64,000 nucleotides of DNA from the human T2T-CHM13v2.0 reference genome, Homo sapiens, in NCBI RefSeq assembly GCF_009914755.1, contig NC_060940.1. One strand, written 5' to 3'. Below the pieces are notes generated by a model. The model did no database searches and was not told where the DNA came from. It worked only from the letters and a program-made list of their open reading frames with translations. A program made the translations under genes and the position numbers. Shown here in pieces: positions 16,882-36,050 of the stretch; position 1 is the stretch's first letter, and each line of letters opens with the position of its first letter.

Positions 16882-17017
16882 CTGGGTCATGACTATGTAG
16901 AAACGAGATATTCAGGTGTAGCCAAACTGGGTTATGACTATGTAGAAGCGAAATATTCAGGTGTAGCCAAACTGGGTCATGACTATGTAGAAATGAGATA
17001 TTCAGGTGTGACCAAAC
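16882..17017. repeat. 45-bp tandem repeat, 3 copies
   Basis: Unit ctgggtcatgactatgtagaaacgagatattcaggtgtagccaaa starting at 16882, 16927 and 16972. Confidence 0.95.
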
Positions 17018-17405
17018 TGTCAGAGCCATTTGAACCACAGCAACCCCGTCTTGAATAGGGGCTGGATAAAATAATGCTGAGACCTATTGGGCTGCATTCC
17101 CAGGACTCATTCTTAGTCACAGGATGAGATAGAAGGTTGGCACAGGATACAGGTCACAAACATCTTGCTGATAAAACAGGATGCGGTAAAGAAGCCGGCC
17201 AAAACCCACCAAAACCAAGATGGTAATGAAAGTGACCTCTGGTCATCCTCACTGCTCATTATTTCCTAATTATAATGCATTAGCATGCTAAACGACACTC
17301 CAAGCAGGGCCATGACAGTTTACAAATGCCATGGCAACGTCTGGAAGTTATCCTACTTGGTCCAAAAAGGGGAGGGACCCTCAGCTCTGGGAATTACCCA
17401 CCCCT

Positions 17406-17414
17406 TTCCTGGAA
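17406..17414 (+). promoter_or_regulatory. GAS (STAT) motif TTCCTGGAA in MER41
   Basis: Matches TTCNNNGAA; upstream partner site is CTCTGGGAA (17385-17393, first base mismatched). Confidence 0.5.
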
Positions 17415-17459
17415 AACCCATAATCTACCTCTTCTTTAGCATATAATCAAGAAATAACT

Positions 17460-17844
<385 letters not shown>

Positions 17845-18549
17845 TTAATAAACTTGCTTTCATTTTACTCTATGGACTCTCCCTGGATTCTTTCTTGTGC
17901 AAGGCCCACGAACCCTCTCTTGGGGCCTGGATCAGGACCCCTTTCTGGTAAGAAAACATTTCTCTAGGACCATATTTCCACTTCGTCTCCTGAAAATACC
18001 TACGAAAAGGAAGACCTCGACCAACATCACCTGTATTTCTTTGTATCCTGCTGTAGTAGACAAATGTTGGGTGCCTTACCATCTTATGTCACTCTTTTCA
18101 CATGACTTTATGCCACCCTCGGGGTGGGCTTCTATCGTCCTATGTATATGAAACAACCTTGATTGGTATCTTTCTTCTATTTAATAATATAGACGGATGT
18201 TTTTATATAGAGCTCTCCATGTAAATCCTATATAGATACAAGGTCAAATACTTTAGTGTCACTGCACCAAAATAGTGGGTGGTGTAACTCCTTTTGTGGA
18301 AGTAATTTGCCAGCAATTGAGCCCCATGGGTCCATCGTTACATGACTCAAGCTGTCCAGTACCAGAGGCAGGACCCACAGGTTTTTGTCGTCTGACATGG
18401 AAGCTTGGGTAGCGTGCACTCTGTGTTAAATCTTTTGGACAAGGAACTCTTAGATATCTATGGAAGCGCAAAGTGGGGGGAATCTAGGAATTTTGTAGGA
18501 ATTGGGTAGTGGTATCAATAGAACATGTTGTGACCACAAGCAAAGAAAA

Positions 18550-18950
18550 ATAAAAGACCCTTAATGTAACAGCAAGCTGTATTAAATGAGAAAATGACTA
18601 GGATAAGAGAGAGAAGGCATTTGACTGCAGTGTTCTGCAAGACCTGGTATTTTATATTCAGTTCTACACAGTATTCTTTAAGAGGGAAACTAAAAAACTA
18701 CAATTTTCAGTAGAAGGTAAGCAGAGTGCGATGAACACTAGAAGCTCATTGTAAAAAACTAGTTGAAGGAGAGTGAGCTATTTTTGTGTTGAGAGGCGAA
18801 GCTCTTAGGAATATAATTATCTTCTTTAATATCAGAACCTTAGTTTACTGGAAGGAGTGATAAACAGTGAAACTCTGTGATTGCTTCTGGGATACGTGGA
18901 AGAAGCTTAAGGGAGGCAAAGTTAGGAATAATATCAGAATGATGCTCAAA
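18550..18950 (+). mobile_element. L3/CR1 LINE remnant
   Basis: tattcagttct...tttaagagggaaac...agttgaaggagagtgagctattt resembles CR1 ORF2 3' part. Confidence 0.45.
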
Positions 18951-18959
18951 TAATCAGAA

Positions 18960-19760
<801 letters not shown>

Positions 19761-20379
19761 CAGAATGTGCAATGATGGGCCATTTAGGAAACAGGAAGCT
19801 TCAAGTCAAAGTTTTCCAAAGAGACCAGAGTCAGCAGGGATGTTGGTAAGAATGTCACCTGGCTGCCAGGTAGCCTCTAGGGCCCTTCTGGCTCAGGGCA
19901 GCTGGGCTTGCTGCCGAGTCCCTGGACCTTGCGTCCATCCAGTCCCATGGCTGAAGCTCCTGGTGAGCTCCACACGCTGCTCTTTGATGTCTGTGTGTTC
20001 ATTATGAACCACAATTAGAGCTCCCTGTTTTCAGAGACAAATGTGAGAGGGGCCATTTGTGCTGTGGCTTGCAGGCATACAAATCTGGCTGTGCAGCCGT
20101 TGTGGCAGGCCCTCATTTCTCAGCGTCACTATGGATCTTGTATAACTTGCATTGTTTCATTTTCCAAGCAATGTAGTCATGATTTCCTACTGAGGGAGTG
20201 GGAACTGGTGCCAATGTGTGCCTGCACCAGCGGTGAGGAACCCTGCGTGCCAGTTTCCAGGGTGGCTCCCAGGAAAGGTTAATTAGCTTTCCCACTTCTT
20301 CTGCATAAAATAAGAGCAGATGAGGATGAGGTGCCTCTCTCATGCGGACAATGAAGACCACATACAACAGAGTGAAAAT

Positions 20380-20570
20380 TAGCATGAGTTTTCAAGCAGA
20401 GGTAGCTCAGCTCTGATACCAGCCTTGTCCTATACAGCTATGTGACCTTGAGTGATGAGGTGATTTAACCACTTTAAGCCTCCATTTATTCATAAATAAA
20501 ATGAGGTTAATAAAATAACAAGTCATAAGACTTTTCATGAGAAATGGCTGAGATGATGTGAAACCAGTGC
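20380..20570. mobile_element. MIR
   Basis: agctatgtgaccttgagt...tttaagcctccattt...taaaatgagg. Confidence 0.6.
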
Positions 20571-20799
20571 ACATAAAACTTCTGTGTAGTCCTCCTTTTC
20601 CTTCTTAATATACTGGTGTGATGAGACAGAAGGACGGGCAGGAAGAAACCATGAGCTTACCCCCTCATTGACTTGCCTGTGTATTGTCATTCCCAAGGAA
20701 GATGAGGCAGGGAATTAGAGAAGGGTGCTTTGCGTAGAATTCAAGATAACTGAGGCAAAAAAAAGAAATTAGCCCTTTTTGCTAATTGCTGTGGCATGC

Positions 20800-21450
<651 letters not shown>

Positions 21451-21839
21451 TGTAATCAGAGTAATAACAGTAAGTCCAGGCTGTCTAGCGGCCCTCAAAG
21501 AGTGGCCAAATGTTCATTTTGCTAATTAAGTAATCCATTAAAGCAATTATTTAATATTATCATTTTATGAAACAAAAGACATTTTAATACCAAGAAAATC
21601 AGGAGATACCATTAGATTAATGTCAGCCCTTTAAATTGAATAAATTTTATGTTATAAAGAATTCACTTCATTTTGCTTCCTTTTACTTAAAAATATGTCT
21701 GTGACCACTATAGGTTCCTGAGAGAGGTGAAGAGTGAGCAAAATCATTCTTACTAAGTAGAGCTTTTGGCCCCAAGTCAATAACTTATTTTCTACCAGGG
21801 AGGCAACCCAGCGGATGGAGGAGCAGGAATGAGCTGCAT

Positions 21840-22120
21840 GCATTCACCTATTCACTCATTCGACAATATTCGTTGAGCTCCTACTATGTGCCAGACAGCC
21901 TGCAAGACAATGGTGAGCACAAAATAGCCAGTCCCACCTCTCATGGAACCCAACATTGAGAAAGGCAGATGTGGAAGTCAAATGTTCATTAAATATAAAA
22001 TTACAACTTTGTAAGTGCCATGAATGGGAATTCAATGAGGCTATTTATTAGGGGATTTGATGGCATCTGAAAGGTAAAAGAAAGGGTTCCAGAGGAAGAA
22101 ACTTCTCCTGCCTAGATCAA
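21840..22120 (-). mobile_element. L2 3' fragment
   Basis: attcactcattcgacaatattcgttgagctcctactatgtgccag. Confidence 0.7.
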
Positions 22121-22829
22121 AGAAAGCTTTAACCACCTGTTCCTGCTTTCTTCCACTGGCCCCCTCCTGGTCCCACTTTATCTTCTAAGGAAGCCATTTT
22201 CAGAAGGGAAGGTAAGTGGTGATCGCAAGTTAGGAGGGAAGACTTCCAGAAACTAAATCAGGAATGAATTCAAAACCCAAGAAGGAATATTTCATGTGAA
22301 AGTAAAGTATGTAATTTAACTACTTATCTCATCTCACTGGAAAATTCATTTTTCCAACATTATCAGATCTTCTTTTCCTAGTGGAATGGAATAAGGTTTA
22401 AGTGTATTTATGGAGTTGAAGATGGGTAAGAAGAGGGACCCTAAAACAAGTTGCAGTATGTCATGAACAAGTAATGTATTAATTAATCAATCCATTTATG
22501 TATTATTTCACTTACTAATTATCTAACAAATTTGTCTTTTGTCACAAACTTCCTGCAATTTTGAAACTGGCATTTTAAAAATCATTGACTCACATAAAGC
22601 TGAGAGGTAGACTAGGTCCAGAGTTGGAAAACATTCTTCTTCTGAGTTGAGAAAGTGTACATTATTACTTTGGCAATGTGGAGTTCCCGAAGGATTTTAG
22701 CTTATAAGAAACATGATTAATTAATCCAGTTAATCAACCATCAAGTATTTATTATCTGTTATACATGAGGTACTTTTAAATTTTCATTTTCTAAACAAAA
22801 TGGCAGCAAATATAATTTCATGCAGAATA

Positions 22830-24770
22830 TAAGAGTTTTTCGTAGTTTGCCCCAATATGGTTTTCTTCGCATTTATTTTGCTTGTGGTTTGATGGTGTTT
22901 TTCTAACTATAGACTGTTGTTTTTTCACTAATTATTTTTTTCTTGCTATTTTCTCTTCAAATATTTATTTTTTCTGCTCCATTCTCTTTCTCTTCTTCTT
23001 TTAGAACTCCAAGTATGTGTATGTTGAATGGTTTGATGTTGTCCCACATACAAATCCTAGATTCAATATTCCTTCCTCCTCCTCCTTCTCCTCCTCCTCC
23101 TCCTCTTCCTCCTCCTCTTTCTTCTTTTCTTTATTTATCACTGTGCTTCAGTGTGGACAATTTTTATTGACATGTTTTCAAATTCACAGATTTTTCTGCT
23201 GTGCTCCATGTTCTTATAAGCCCATGGAGTAATTTTTTCTGATATTGCTTTTCAGATCTATTTGCTTTTTTAAAAAATAGCTCTACTTCTCTACTAAAAT
23301 TTCCTAACTGTTAATGTGCTTGGAATGTTTTCTACCAGATGCTGTGAAGTATTTATTGTAGTTATTTTACTTGTTTCTGCCAATTCTTACATCTGTGGCA
23401 CCTGCAGATCTTCTTGTGTTGGCCATTTTTACTCTTGATGATGAATCACGTTATTTTGCAAATGTGTTTTAAGTATAAGTATACATGTCTTGTGTATAAA
23501 CAAACAGTAGAAACACGAGGATAACATTTTCCCTGGGAAAATGCATGTCTCTTCCTTAGTCAGATTGATACAATTGGGGCTAAGTCAATATAATCTAAGT
23601 TAAACCTGTCTAGGTTTTGTTACAGTTCTAGTTAGATTCAGTTCACAACTGGCTTAAAATATTTTGGGAGTAGGATCAGGACTTCCCCTTCAACAGTTTG
23701 GGATCTGAGCACTGGCTACACTTTTAAGATCTCTCTATACTTAACTGATGAGCCACCAGCTTTGGGGTCATTTAAAAGCTCTTTTTACTCCTCAGCCCAC
23801 CCCATCTTTCTCTGCCTCAAGTGATTTCTACTCACCACACTATTCTGCTCCCAGCTTCATCAGGCTACCGTCTTGTACCTGGTGAAGACCCCATGTTTCT
23901 TGGGGGATGTGTCTCAGTTCTGCTGTGCTGCCCCAACCTTTGTCCGACCACAACTAAACAGTCTGTGCCTCAAGGTTTTCTCTCAACCAATCTGACCATC
24001 AGCAGGCCATTGCCATGCACTCAGAGAAAAATCTGTACTCCTTGAGACTCCTTTAAGCCTTTCTTTGCTACTCCCAGACTCAGCAATCTCCCACTGTGCA
24101 CTCAGTGAAGCCATCCCACCCAAGGTGAAGAGCTGCCAGGTTAATGCAGACTGCGTCTTTCACTGGGGCTTCATAGATTTGAATCTACCATGCCAGACCA
24201 CAAGGCCTATTAAAGGTTTGGCTGATTTCTCCTTTCAATCTATGGTGGGTTTGCTGCCTCTCTGCCTTTCCCAGGGATGAGAGAACTCATGGGTTTCTGG
24301 GTTTCTTCTTTTTCATAAATATCTTAGCCCTTTGTGCAGTTTAGTTTATTTAGGGTTTTATTTTTCTATTCTTAGATATTTTTTCTCTCTCTTATTCTCT
24401 CCCTCTCTGTAAATAAAGCTAAATTTCACATCCTGCCCTCCTCAAGGACATTTTGTTACCTCTTCCCCAGAGGAAATAATAGATTTTTTTTCCTATGGCC
24501 CATCTTTTGTATAAATTGACTAATCATAAAAATATACAGAGTATGTTAGTAATCTAGATAAATTGTATCCTACTATGCATATCATGCTGAAACTGAATTT
24601 GTTCATTCAAGGATTCTGTTTTTTCAATATCCATGTAAATGCTAACAGATATAGTTCTTGGATTTCATCTTCTGTATAGGGTTCCACTCTATGAATAAGC
24701 TACTATATACTTAATTAATTTGTTATCCTCCTTATGGACATATAAATTGTTCTTTATTAGGGGCCAAGTA
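22830..24770 (-). mobile_element. Ancient L1M fragments (ORF1/5' region, then a 3' fragment)
   Basis: ttttctgctccattctctttctcttcttcttttagaactccaa...tttgatgttgtcccaca; includes (CCT)n at ~23071-23125. Confidence 0.6.
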
Positions 24771-25549
24771 TATAAACATAGAAGAAAGGAAAAAAGTAGG
24801 ATTAGATAATTTGAGCACCTGTTTTGCCTCAGATATTATTCTGGGACTATAGACACAGAGAAAGATATAATGCATTTAGAGTCTAATGAGAGAGACAGGG
24901 AAGTAAACAATAATCACATTTGCATTTTGAGAAGATTAATCTAGCAATATGTAGGACATATGGGAAGAAGGAGCAGTTGGAGACAAGGGAACCAAATAGG
25001 TCTGGTCTCTAATGATCTGCAGAATTCAAGTGAGATCATGCAAAATTAAAGCAGTGGTAGTGAATAAGTGAAGAAAATATGAATGTGGTACCAACATGAA
25101 TGAGACTGAGATAGCAGAGTAGGAGATGAGTTCACATCTGTCTTTCCCCAAAGCCTCTGCTTGCCCACCAACCAAACCACATGCTGTCAGGACAGACAAA
25201 GGGTCATTTTGTGGGGACACCAGATGTTTGGTATAAAATAGTATGTAGTTCACAGCATCTGCTCTTAAGAAGTCCTTAGTCCAGTGGGAGAGATAAGCAA
25301 ACTGACTTTGCAACATAAAGCAAAACCATATTCTCTGCTGATGTATCCAATTCCAGCATTAAACGGACACAAAGAATGAAGAACTAATCTAGACGATGAA
25401 AGTAAAAAGATGTTTTCAAGACATGCTGTCATTTCACCTGAGACTGATGGAGAAGTAGCAGGTAGCCAGAAAAAGAAAAAAGAATAGATTTAATCACATT
25501 TTAGGTAAAACAAACAATTTGCAGGACAATATGGCCAGGACACAGTAAG

Positions 25550-25790
25550 TGTTTGAATCATGTGATGATTACCATGTGCTAGGCACAGTTCTAAGTTTAT
25601 CTCATTTTTATAATAACCCCATACAATGGGTAGTATTATTACTATTACCTCAGTTTTCTGGAGGATTCAAGTGAGGCATAGAGAATTTAAAGTACCCACT
25701 CAAGGTCACATAACTAGTAAGCAACACAGCCAGGAATTAAGCCCTAACAGTGAGGCTCAGGGACTCTCCTCTCAGTCACTGTGCTAAATC
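25550..25790. mobile_element. MIR
   Basis: catgtgctaggcacagttctaag...caaggtcacataactagtaag. Confidence 0.75.
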
Positions 25791-26719
25791 AACACTTGCT
25801 GTCATTACAAGCAGTTTAGCACAGATGCAGCCAGTGGCCCGTATTCCAACTCAGGATTTAGTAGGATTTTCTGTTTAACAGTGTCAGGAAGGAAAAGTCA
25901 GAGGGTGAGAAAATGGGGCCTAGGGGTAGGAGGTAAGAAATATCGAAGTGAGGAAGGATGTAGCGGGTGTACTATGGAACCCCCCTAAAAGCCGAGGTTT
26001 GGTAGGAAGTAAGAAGGGCTGGAAGTAATTGAAAATGACATTCAAATGTAACCAAAGGCTGATGCACCAGGGCCGAGTTGTGTGTGGGGCTTCGCAGATT
26101 CCTTACACAGGTGACTTTCAGTCTTGATCATTTCTCCCACTTCCTGGTCCACATAGTCAACGGTTTTCTGAACTTTTTCCAACCAGCAAATTCCAAGGCA
26201 ACCCTGTTTTAGAACAGGAATGTATAAATGTCAAGTTCCTCTCTTCTTCCTTTCTCTCCTCCCTTTTTTCTTCACAAGTTGCATGAGAATCTACTACTTA
26301 CAAGACCACGTGTTTTGCGATGCTAGAGTAGGCATGAAGATGGGGGGTTGGTAAGGATAGTCACAAATGTGAAACACCTATGAATTCCTGACTCCAAGAG
26401 CTTGCAGTCCAGTGGAAAAAAAACCATTTGCCCTAAACTTTTTTTTTTCCATCTGAGAAGTCTTGAGAAGTAGGTTGTGTGATGTCAGAAGTTTGAGGGC
26501 AGAAGAGTTTTTCTTTCTTATTTTTCTTTTCATACAATGATCAGATAGGAAGAAAGCTCAGAAATAATTTTATATTTCATTTTCTATCTTTCTGCTTCAG
26601 AACCCTGTGGTCTTCCCCGAGTTTCTACACATATATCTAGTCTTTTCTGAAAAATTAGTACTTTTGTGATAATATAAAAAAAGTCACTGTGATTTGTGAA
26701 ATGCAATAAGAATAGGTGA

Positions 26720-27480
26720 GATTTACGTAGCGTTTACTATTCTTCAATGCTCTTTCTAAGTGCATTCCAAATAGAAACTCACTTGATCTTTGAAATTACC
26801 CCATGAGGGAGGTTGCTATTATTAGCTACTTTTTAGAAGAGAGAACTGAGACAGAGAAAGGTATACAATTTGTCCAAATTCACATAGCCAGTAAGTGGCA
26901 GATGTGAAATTTGCACCCAAATGCTATGACTCTGGAGGCTGTGCTTTTAAGCACTATTAAGTGTTTTCTCTTATTTATAAATAATTAAAATATTGAATAC
27001 ACAGAAGTTGTATTTTCTTTATTTTCTCAATGACCATTAAAAAAACAAACATATTTGGATGCTTGAAAAAATGTTTTGGCCTTTTTTAAAAAAGGCTCAC
27101 ACACTTTAACAAAATGTGATTTCCACAAATTTAAATCAATCTCATTTTACAGATAAACAAACTTAGAAAGGAAGTGACTTTCTCAAGTTCACAAAGTAAG
27201 GTCGTAACCGAAGCAGGATTAGCATAGAGAAACGTTGATGAGTCCAAGCTTTGAGACAGGGGCAGCTAGATTTAAATCCCAGCTCAGTTGCTTGTCAGTT
27301 CTGCAGGCTGGCACATGTTGCTCATTTGCCCTCTGCCTCCATTTCCCCATTTATAAAATGGGCATGTCATTATATCAACTTTATAGGGCTGTTACAAGAA
27401 TCAATTGAGACAATGTATCTAGGATGCCTAACACAGGGCCAGCATACTGTACCACTCTATATTTTTCCTGTTATTATTGT
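26720..27480. mobile_element. Cluster of MIR fragments
   Basis: gagaactgagacagaga...cacatagccagtaagtggcag; ttttacagataaacaaact; ccatttataaaatggg. Confidence 0.7.
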
Positions 27481-27528
27481 TGTTGTAATTATATCATTTT
27501 AATTCGCCCAGATCTCTTTGATTTAAGT

Positions 27529-27995
<467 letters not shown>

Positions 27996-29188
27996 CTATT
28001 TCAGGCAAAACAATTTGCTCATGTGGAAGTGTGCCCCACACTTCTAGATTTTGTCAATAGAAGCACCTACTGTAGCCACATAAAGTTGGCCACATGACTT
28101 CTTATCATCATATTTGAAATGACCAGAGTTGGTGAACAAGAACACGGTGTCCTAGCTCTGTCAACAATGAAGGAATCATGTCTTCAACTGTTAAGCCCTT
28201 CAGAAGGTTCTGGCTTTCCGGCTGATGTATCACATTTCATTCATAACATTTCTGATAGTCTATAGAAGTGATCTAAAATAAAATGCCAATGTGCAGATTC
28301 TGGGACGAGAATTTAAATATCAGCTAAGGATCTTCATCGTCACATGTTCAGATGCCAAAATAAAAATAAAAAATAAAAGGAGGGGCAAAGAAACAAGAGT
28401 ACAAATAAAAGGATAATAGGAAATGCTGGTTCTTTTCACGTAGTGGCTGAGAAGGATTGATCACAGAGTGTCATATTGCAGCATGAAGAAAACTTAGTTT
28501 GGGATCCTAATGGCATCCTCCTTTTCCAAAGAGGCCCATTACTCTTCTAATGGTGGTGAAAGTAAATCCAAGCTCGCATTTGAGCCTTCAGAACCTGCAG
28601 TGTGCAATTGTGCTTGTCTGTTCATCTGTGGGCAAAGGTTGTTCAGTATTCTCCATGGATCTCTGATTTTTTAAAACAATTTCCTACTCGTTTCAATATT
28701 TGTCACACTGTCTCCTCGGCTTCCTTCTGTCTTCGTTTTTGCTGCTTTCTTTCCTTCTTGGGCTTATGAAGACATCCATCCTGCTCAAGGAGACTGTCAA
28801 TAAAAATCACCTCGTTTGATGCTGCGGTCAGCCAAAAACAATGCTCTGCCTTACACGAAGTTTTGCCAACTCAAAGACACGTGTTTCTGCCTTTCTTTAC
28901 CTCTAGGATTTCAGATGTTGGGAAGTATTTTTTTAAATGATAAATGATTAAATCTTTCTATAATGAGAGGATTCTAGGAGAGACATTTGGCGGACAATGC
29001 AGACTTTGCTTCAGCAAACACCCCTGTCACACTGAGTGGGTCAGATTCATAGTTCTTGATAAGCCATTTGAGCAGAACTTGAGGATTTGAATGAGCCTTT
29101 TGTAGACATTGCATGGCTTGAATATAGGTCAGCAATAGACGTCTAGTCTGATATCTTGTCCGGTGTCTCCTCATTTTTCTGGTTATAA

Positions 29189-29338
29189 AATCTCTCTCTC
29201 TCTTTTCAAAGTTCCTCATTCTGTCCTTTCTGTCTTAACCAATAAGATGGCCATGTAACTGTAGCTAACCGATGAGAGCAAGCTCTCCTCCTAGATACAG
29301 TCATGGGTCCAGGAGGCCCACGGGTGGACATGACCCAA
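29189..29338. repeat. Right arm of inverted repeat; part of an old MLT1-like LTR that continues at ~33412-34030
   Basis: ggacatgacccaag...gctaatcag is MLT1-like; reverse complement of the left arm. Confidence 0.8.
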
Positions 29339-29348
29339 GAAGGGCTAA

Positions 29349-29573
<225 letters not shown>

Positions 29574-29901
29574 TAACAAATTTACAAGAAAAAAACAAAC
29601 AACCCCATCAAAAAGTGGGTGAAGGATATGAACAGACACTTCTCAAAAGAAGACATTTATGCAGCCAAAAAACACATGAAAAAATGCTCACCGTCACTGG
29701 CCATCAGAGAAATGCAAATCAAAACCGCAATGAGATACCATCTCACACCAGTTAGAATGGCAATCATTAAAAAGTCAGGAAACAACAGGTGCTGGAGAGG
29801 ATGTGGAGAAATAGGAACACTTTCACACTGTTGGTGGGACTGTAAACTAGTTCAACCATTGTGGAAGTCAGTGTGGCGATTCCTCAGGGATCTAGAAATA
29901 G

Positions 29902-32978
<3,077 letters not shown>

Positions 32979-33549
32979 AAGAAAATGTGGCACATATACA
33001 CCATGGAATACTACGCAGCCATAAAAAATGATGAGTTCTTGTCCTTTGTAGGGACATGGATGAAATTGGAAATCATCATTCTCAGTAAACTATGGCAAGA
33101 ACAAAAAACCAAACACCGCATATTCTCACTCATAGGTGGGAATTGAACAATGAGAACACATGGACACAGGAAGGGGAACATCACACTCTGGAGACTGTTG
33201 TGGGGTGGGGGGAGAGGGGAGGGATAGCTTTAGGAGATATACCTAATGCTAAATGACGAGTTAATGGGTGCAGCACACCAGCATGGCACATGTATACATA
33301 TGTAACTAACCTGCACATGTACCCTAAAACTTAAAGTATAATAATAATAAAATATAATAAAGTATAATAATAATAAAACAAAATAAAAAAAAGAAAGAGA
33401 TCCCTCTTCCTCAAAGACTGCGAGGTCTGTGTAAGTCTGGAACATTGCATTCACTTAAAGTGGGTCTGGTTGAGAAATAAACCAACAAAGAAGAAAACAG
33501 ATCTGAGTGGAGAGAGAGAGATAAAAGAGATAGAACAAGAGAGAGACAG

Positions 33550-33846
33550 GGCCGGGCGCAATGGCTCACGCCTGTAATCCCAGCACTTTGGGAGGCCAGG
33601 CGGGCAGATCACGAGGTCAGGAGATCGAGACCATCTTGGCTAACATGGTGAAACCCGGTCACTACCAAAAATACAAAAAATTAGCCGGGCATTGTGGCGG
33701 GCACCTGTAGTCCCAGCTACTCAGAAGGCTGAGGCAGGAGAATGGAGTGAACCCGGGAGGCAGAGGTTGCTGTGAGTCAAGATGGCACCACAGCACTCCA
33801 GCCTAGGCGCCAGATTGAGACTCTGTCTCAGAAAAAAAAAAAAAAA
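33550..33846 (+). mobile_element. Alu (AluY/Sc-like)
   Basis: gagatcgagaccatcttggctaac; in AG-rich tract. Confidence 0.95.
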
Positions 33847-34644
33847 GAGAGAGAGAGAGAATAGAGAACTGGTGATATTATTTAAGCCCCTGCAATAAGT
33901 GACACCTGAATCCAAAATCCAGTTTCATGCAAGGAATTGTTGGTTCTACGACCTAACAAAATAGCCTCATTCTCACACCATTCCTCTGTTGTTGCTTAAT
34001 TTCGTCTTAGTTGGTCATCTTTCACCTGCAACTGAGAATCTGAACTGACTTAATATCATCTTTTACAAAATTCTTCATCCCCAGTAGATTTTACAAAACA
34101 TTTTTGTAAGTGTATGGTCAGTGGGCTCCCCAAAATTTCATGGCAAGGGCAGAGATACGTTCAAGTTGCCTATATTCTCAAGTATCAATGACTGCCAGTG
34201 AAGGTTTGGAACCACAGAGGGAAGGTCACCCGTGTAGGGGCTGGGAAAGCTGAGTTCCAACTCCTGCTCCGCACCTGACTTGCCATGTGTTACTGTGGAT
34301 GTCGCTGCACCTCTGTGAGCCTCTGTTTTACTTCATTTCATCCTTTACTTATAAATAGAGAAGTGGGAGCTAACAGTGGGGAATGTGGTCAGGCAGTACA
34401 ATACCAAAACTTGGCTCTTCCATGTAGAATTTGAGTGACCTTGGATTGAAGGAAAAGAAAATTCCATCTTTCAGTTTCTTCATGTATAAATTAGAGATGA
34501 AAATAGTAATTAAAGTATTTGGCATGGTGTCTAGTATATAGTGAATCTCAATAGACATAGGCTAATTTTATTACCTTACTAGGTCTTTGGGAATCCATAA
34601 ATAATTAACAGGTGTGACATGCATAAGCCTAGCCATCAATGCAA

Positions 34645-34700
<56 letters not shown>
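34645..34700. repeat. Compound (TG)n(AG)n microsatellite
   Basis: Direct observation. Confidence 0.95.
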
Positions 34701-35849
34701 CCATATTCAGTGGATTCTGAATGCACAGATTGAATCACATCTCATTAAGGGATCATCTGATTGATAAGATCTTTCTTACTTTTCTTCTTTTTTTCTCCTG
34801 TGCTTCAATAATGTATTAACATATACAATGTGCCAAGCCTTTTGCTAAGAATGAGGTATAAAATAGCAACATCGTACACCTAAACCTTTACCTCTTGGAC
34901 CTTAATATTTAACATGGTCTTTATGATGATTTTCCCTGCAACCACCACACGTATCTCTCTACGGAGAATTCAGACTGAGCTCTTGTCAAGTGCTTGTCTG
35001 TGTCATCAATGTTTTCCCCTCCTTTTCCAGCAATTTCTGGTGAAAAAAAGGAGGTAATAAACCTTGTGGGAGCTAGTGGAGTGCGAAGACTGACGCATGC
35101 ATTTTTTTTTATCTAAGCTTCGGTCATTGGAATTGCAGAAGCAATTGGTAGCTACTCTGGGATTAGACCTGCATTTTCTTTATCTGGGAAAATGAACATA
35201 CATGTAACGAAAAAGGCGTCACTCCAATTGTCCCGGATTTCACACTACAAGCCAGATTGGTTGTGCCTGGATCTCTGTGACAAAGGTAAATTATAAACCA
35301 AGAGCTGCATTTGTTCCTCATTCCTCTCCCCTTTATGCCTTGCTGCACTCCCAGGTGCCCATGATGGAGATGTGATTGCAGTTGCACAGAAGGAAATATT
35401 TTAAGACCTGCCAAAACCCTTGGCTCAGAACTCACTTTTCCAAGCAACCTGTCTGAGCATGGTGACTGCGGTGAATTATTGAGATTCTGGAGGGTTCACC
35501 AAGGGGAATGTGTCACCGGGAGGGTGGGGCTAGAGGCTGCAGCTGGAATCCTGCTGCCTTCCTTGTTTCATACACCAGCTGGATTGTGGATTCAGTATCT
35601 CCTCTGGGAGCTGACTCCTGGGTCTAGACAGGAAGGGCAGAATGGCATCAGGCCGGGGGCAGCTGAAAATCCAGGGCATCACATTTATCCTCCATGGTGA
35701 GAAGCAAGACATTAATAGATTATTATCCACATACATCTGACTTCATGTCTCAGAAGCAGGGTTGGGTAATTAAAACACATGAAATCCCCGTTTGTATATA
35801 TCACAAACAGATACACCTTCTTTCCCATATGGAAACAATCCCAATGACT

Positions 35850-36050
35850 GTCCCTCATTCCAGGCACTTCCCATGTATGTGTGCAGTTAATCCTCACAAC
35901 AATCCATTCAGGAAGTTGCTATTTTTATCCCTCAGTCATGGGGAAACTGAGGCAGGGAATATAAAGCCTTGCATGAAGTCACATATCTAGAAAAATACAG
36001 ACGGAATTCAACGCAAAATGAGCAGGTTCCCAAGCCTAGACTCTATAGGC
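35850..36050. mobile_element. MIR
   Basis: ttaatcctcacaacaatcc...ggggaaactgaggcag. Confidence 0.75.

Noticed and set aside
16882-17017. CRISPR-like array or coding repeat (GHDYVETRYSGVAKL x3)
   Set aside because: Contiguous units without spacers, eukaryotic context, and the ORF begins inside an Alu
18228-18420. Distinct GC-richer segment ending (minus strand) in ttttggtgcagtgac, faintly like a tRNA-His primer-binding site
   Set aside because: Match is short and imperfect; no LTR or protein similarity recognised; needs a Dfam/BLAST search
25900-26320. ETS and E-box motifs in unique sequence
   Set aside because: Short motifs without clear enrichment; cannot support an enhancer call from sequence alone
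28702-28910. Possible exon in the inverted-repeat spacer (minus-strand LLEQDGCLHKPKKERKQQKRRQKEAEETV*; plus-strand acceptor at 28906)
   Set aside because: Conflicting strands, weak or unpaired splice signals, unrecognised low-complexity peptide
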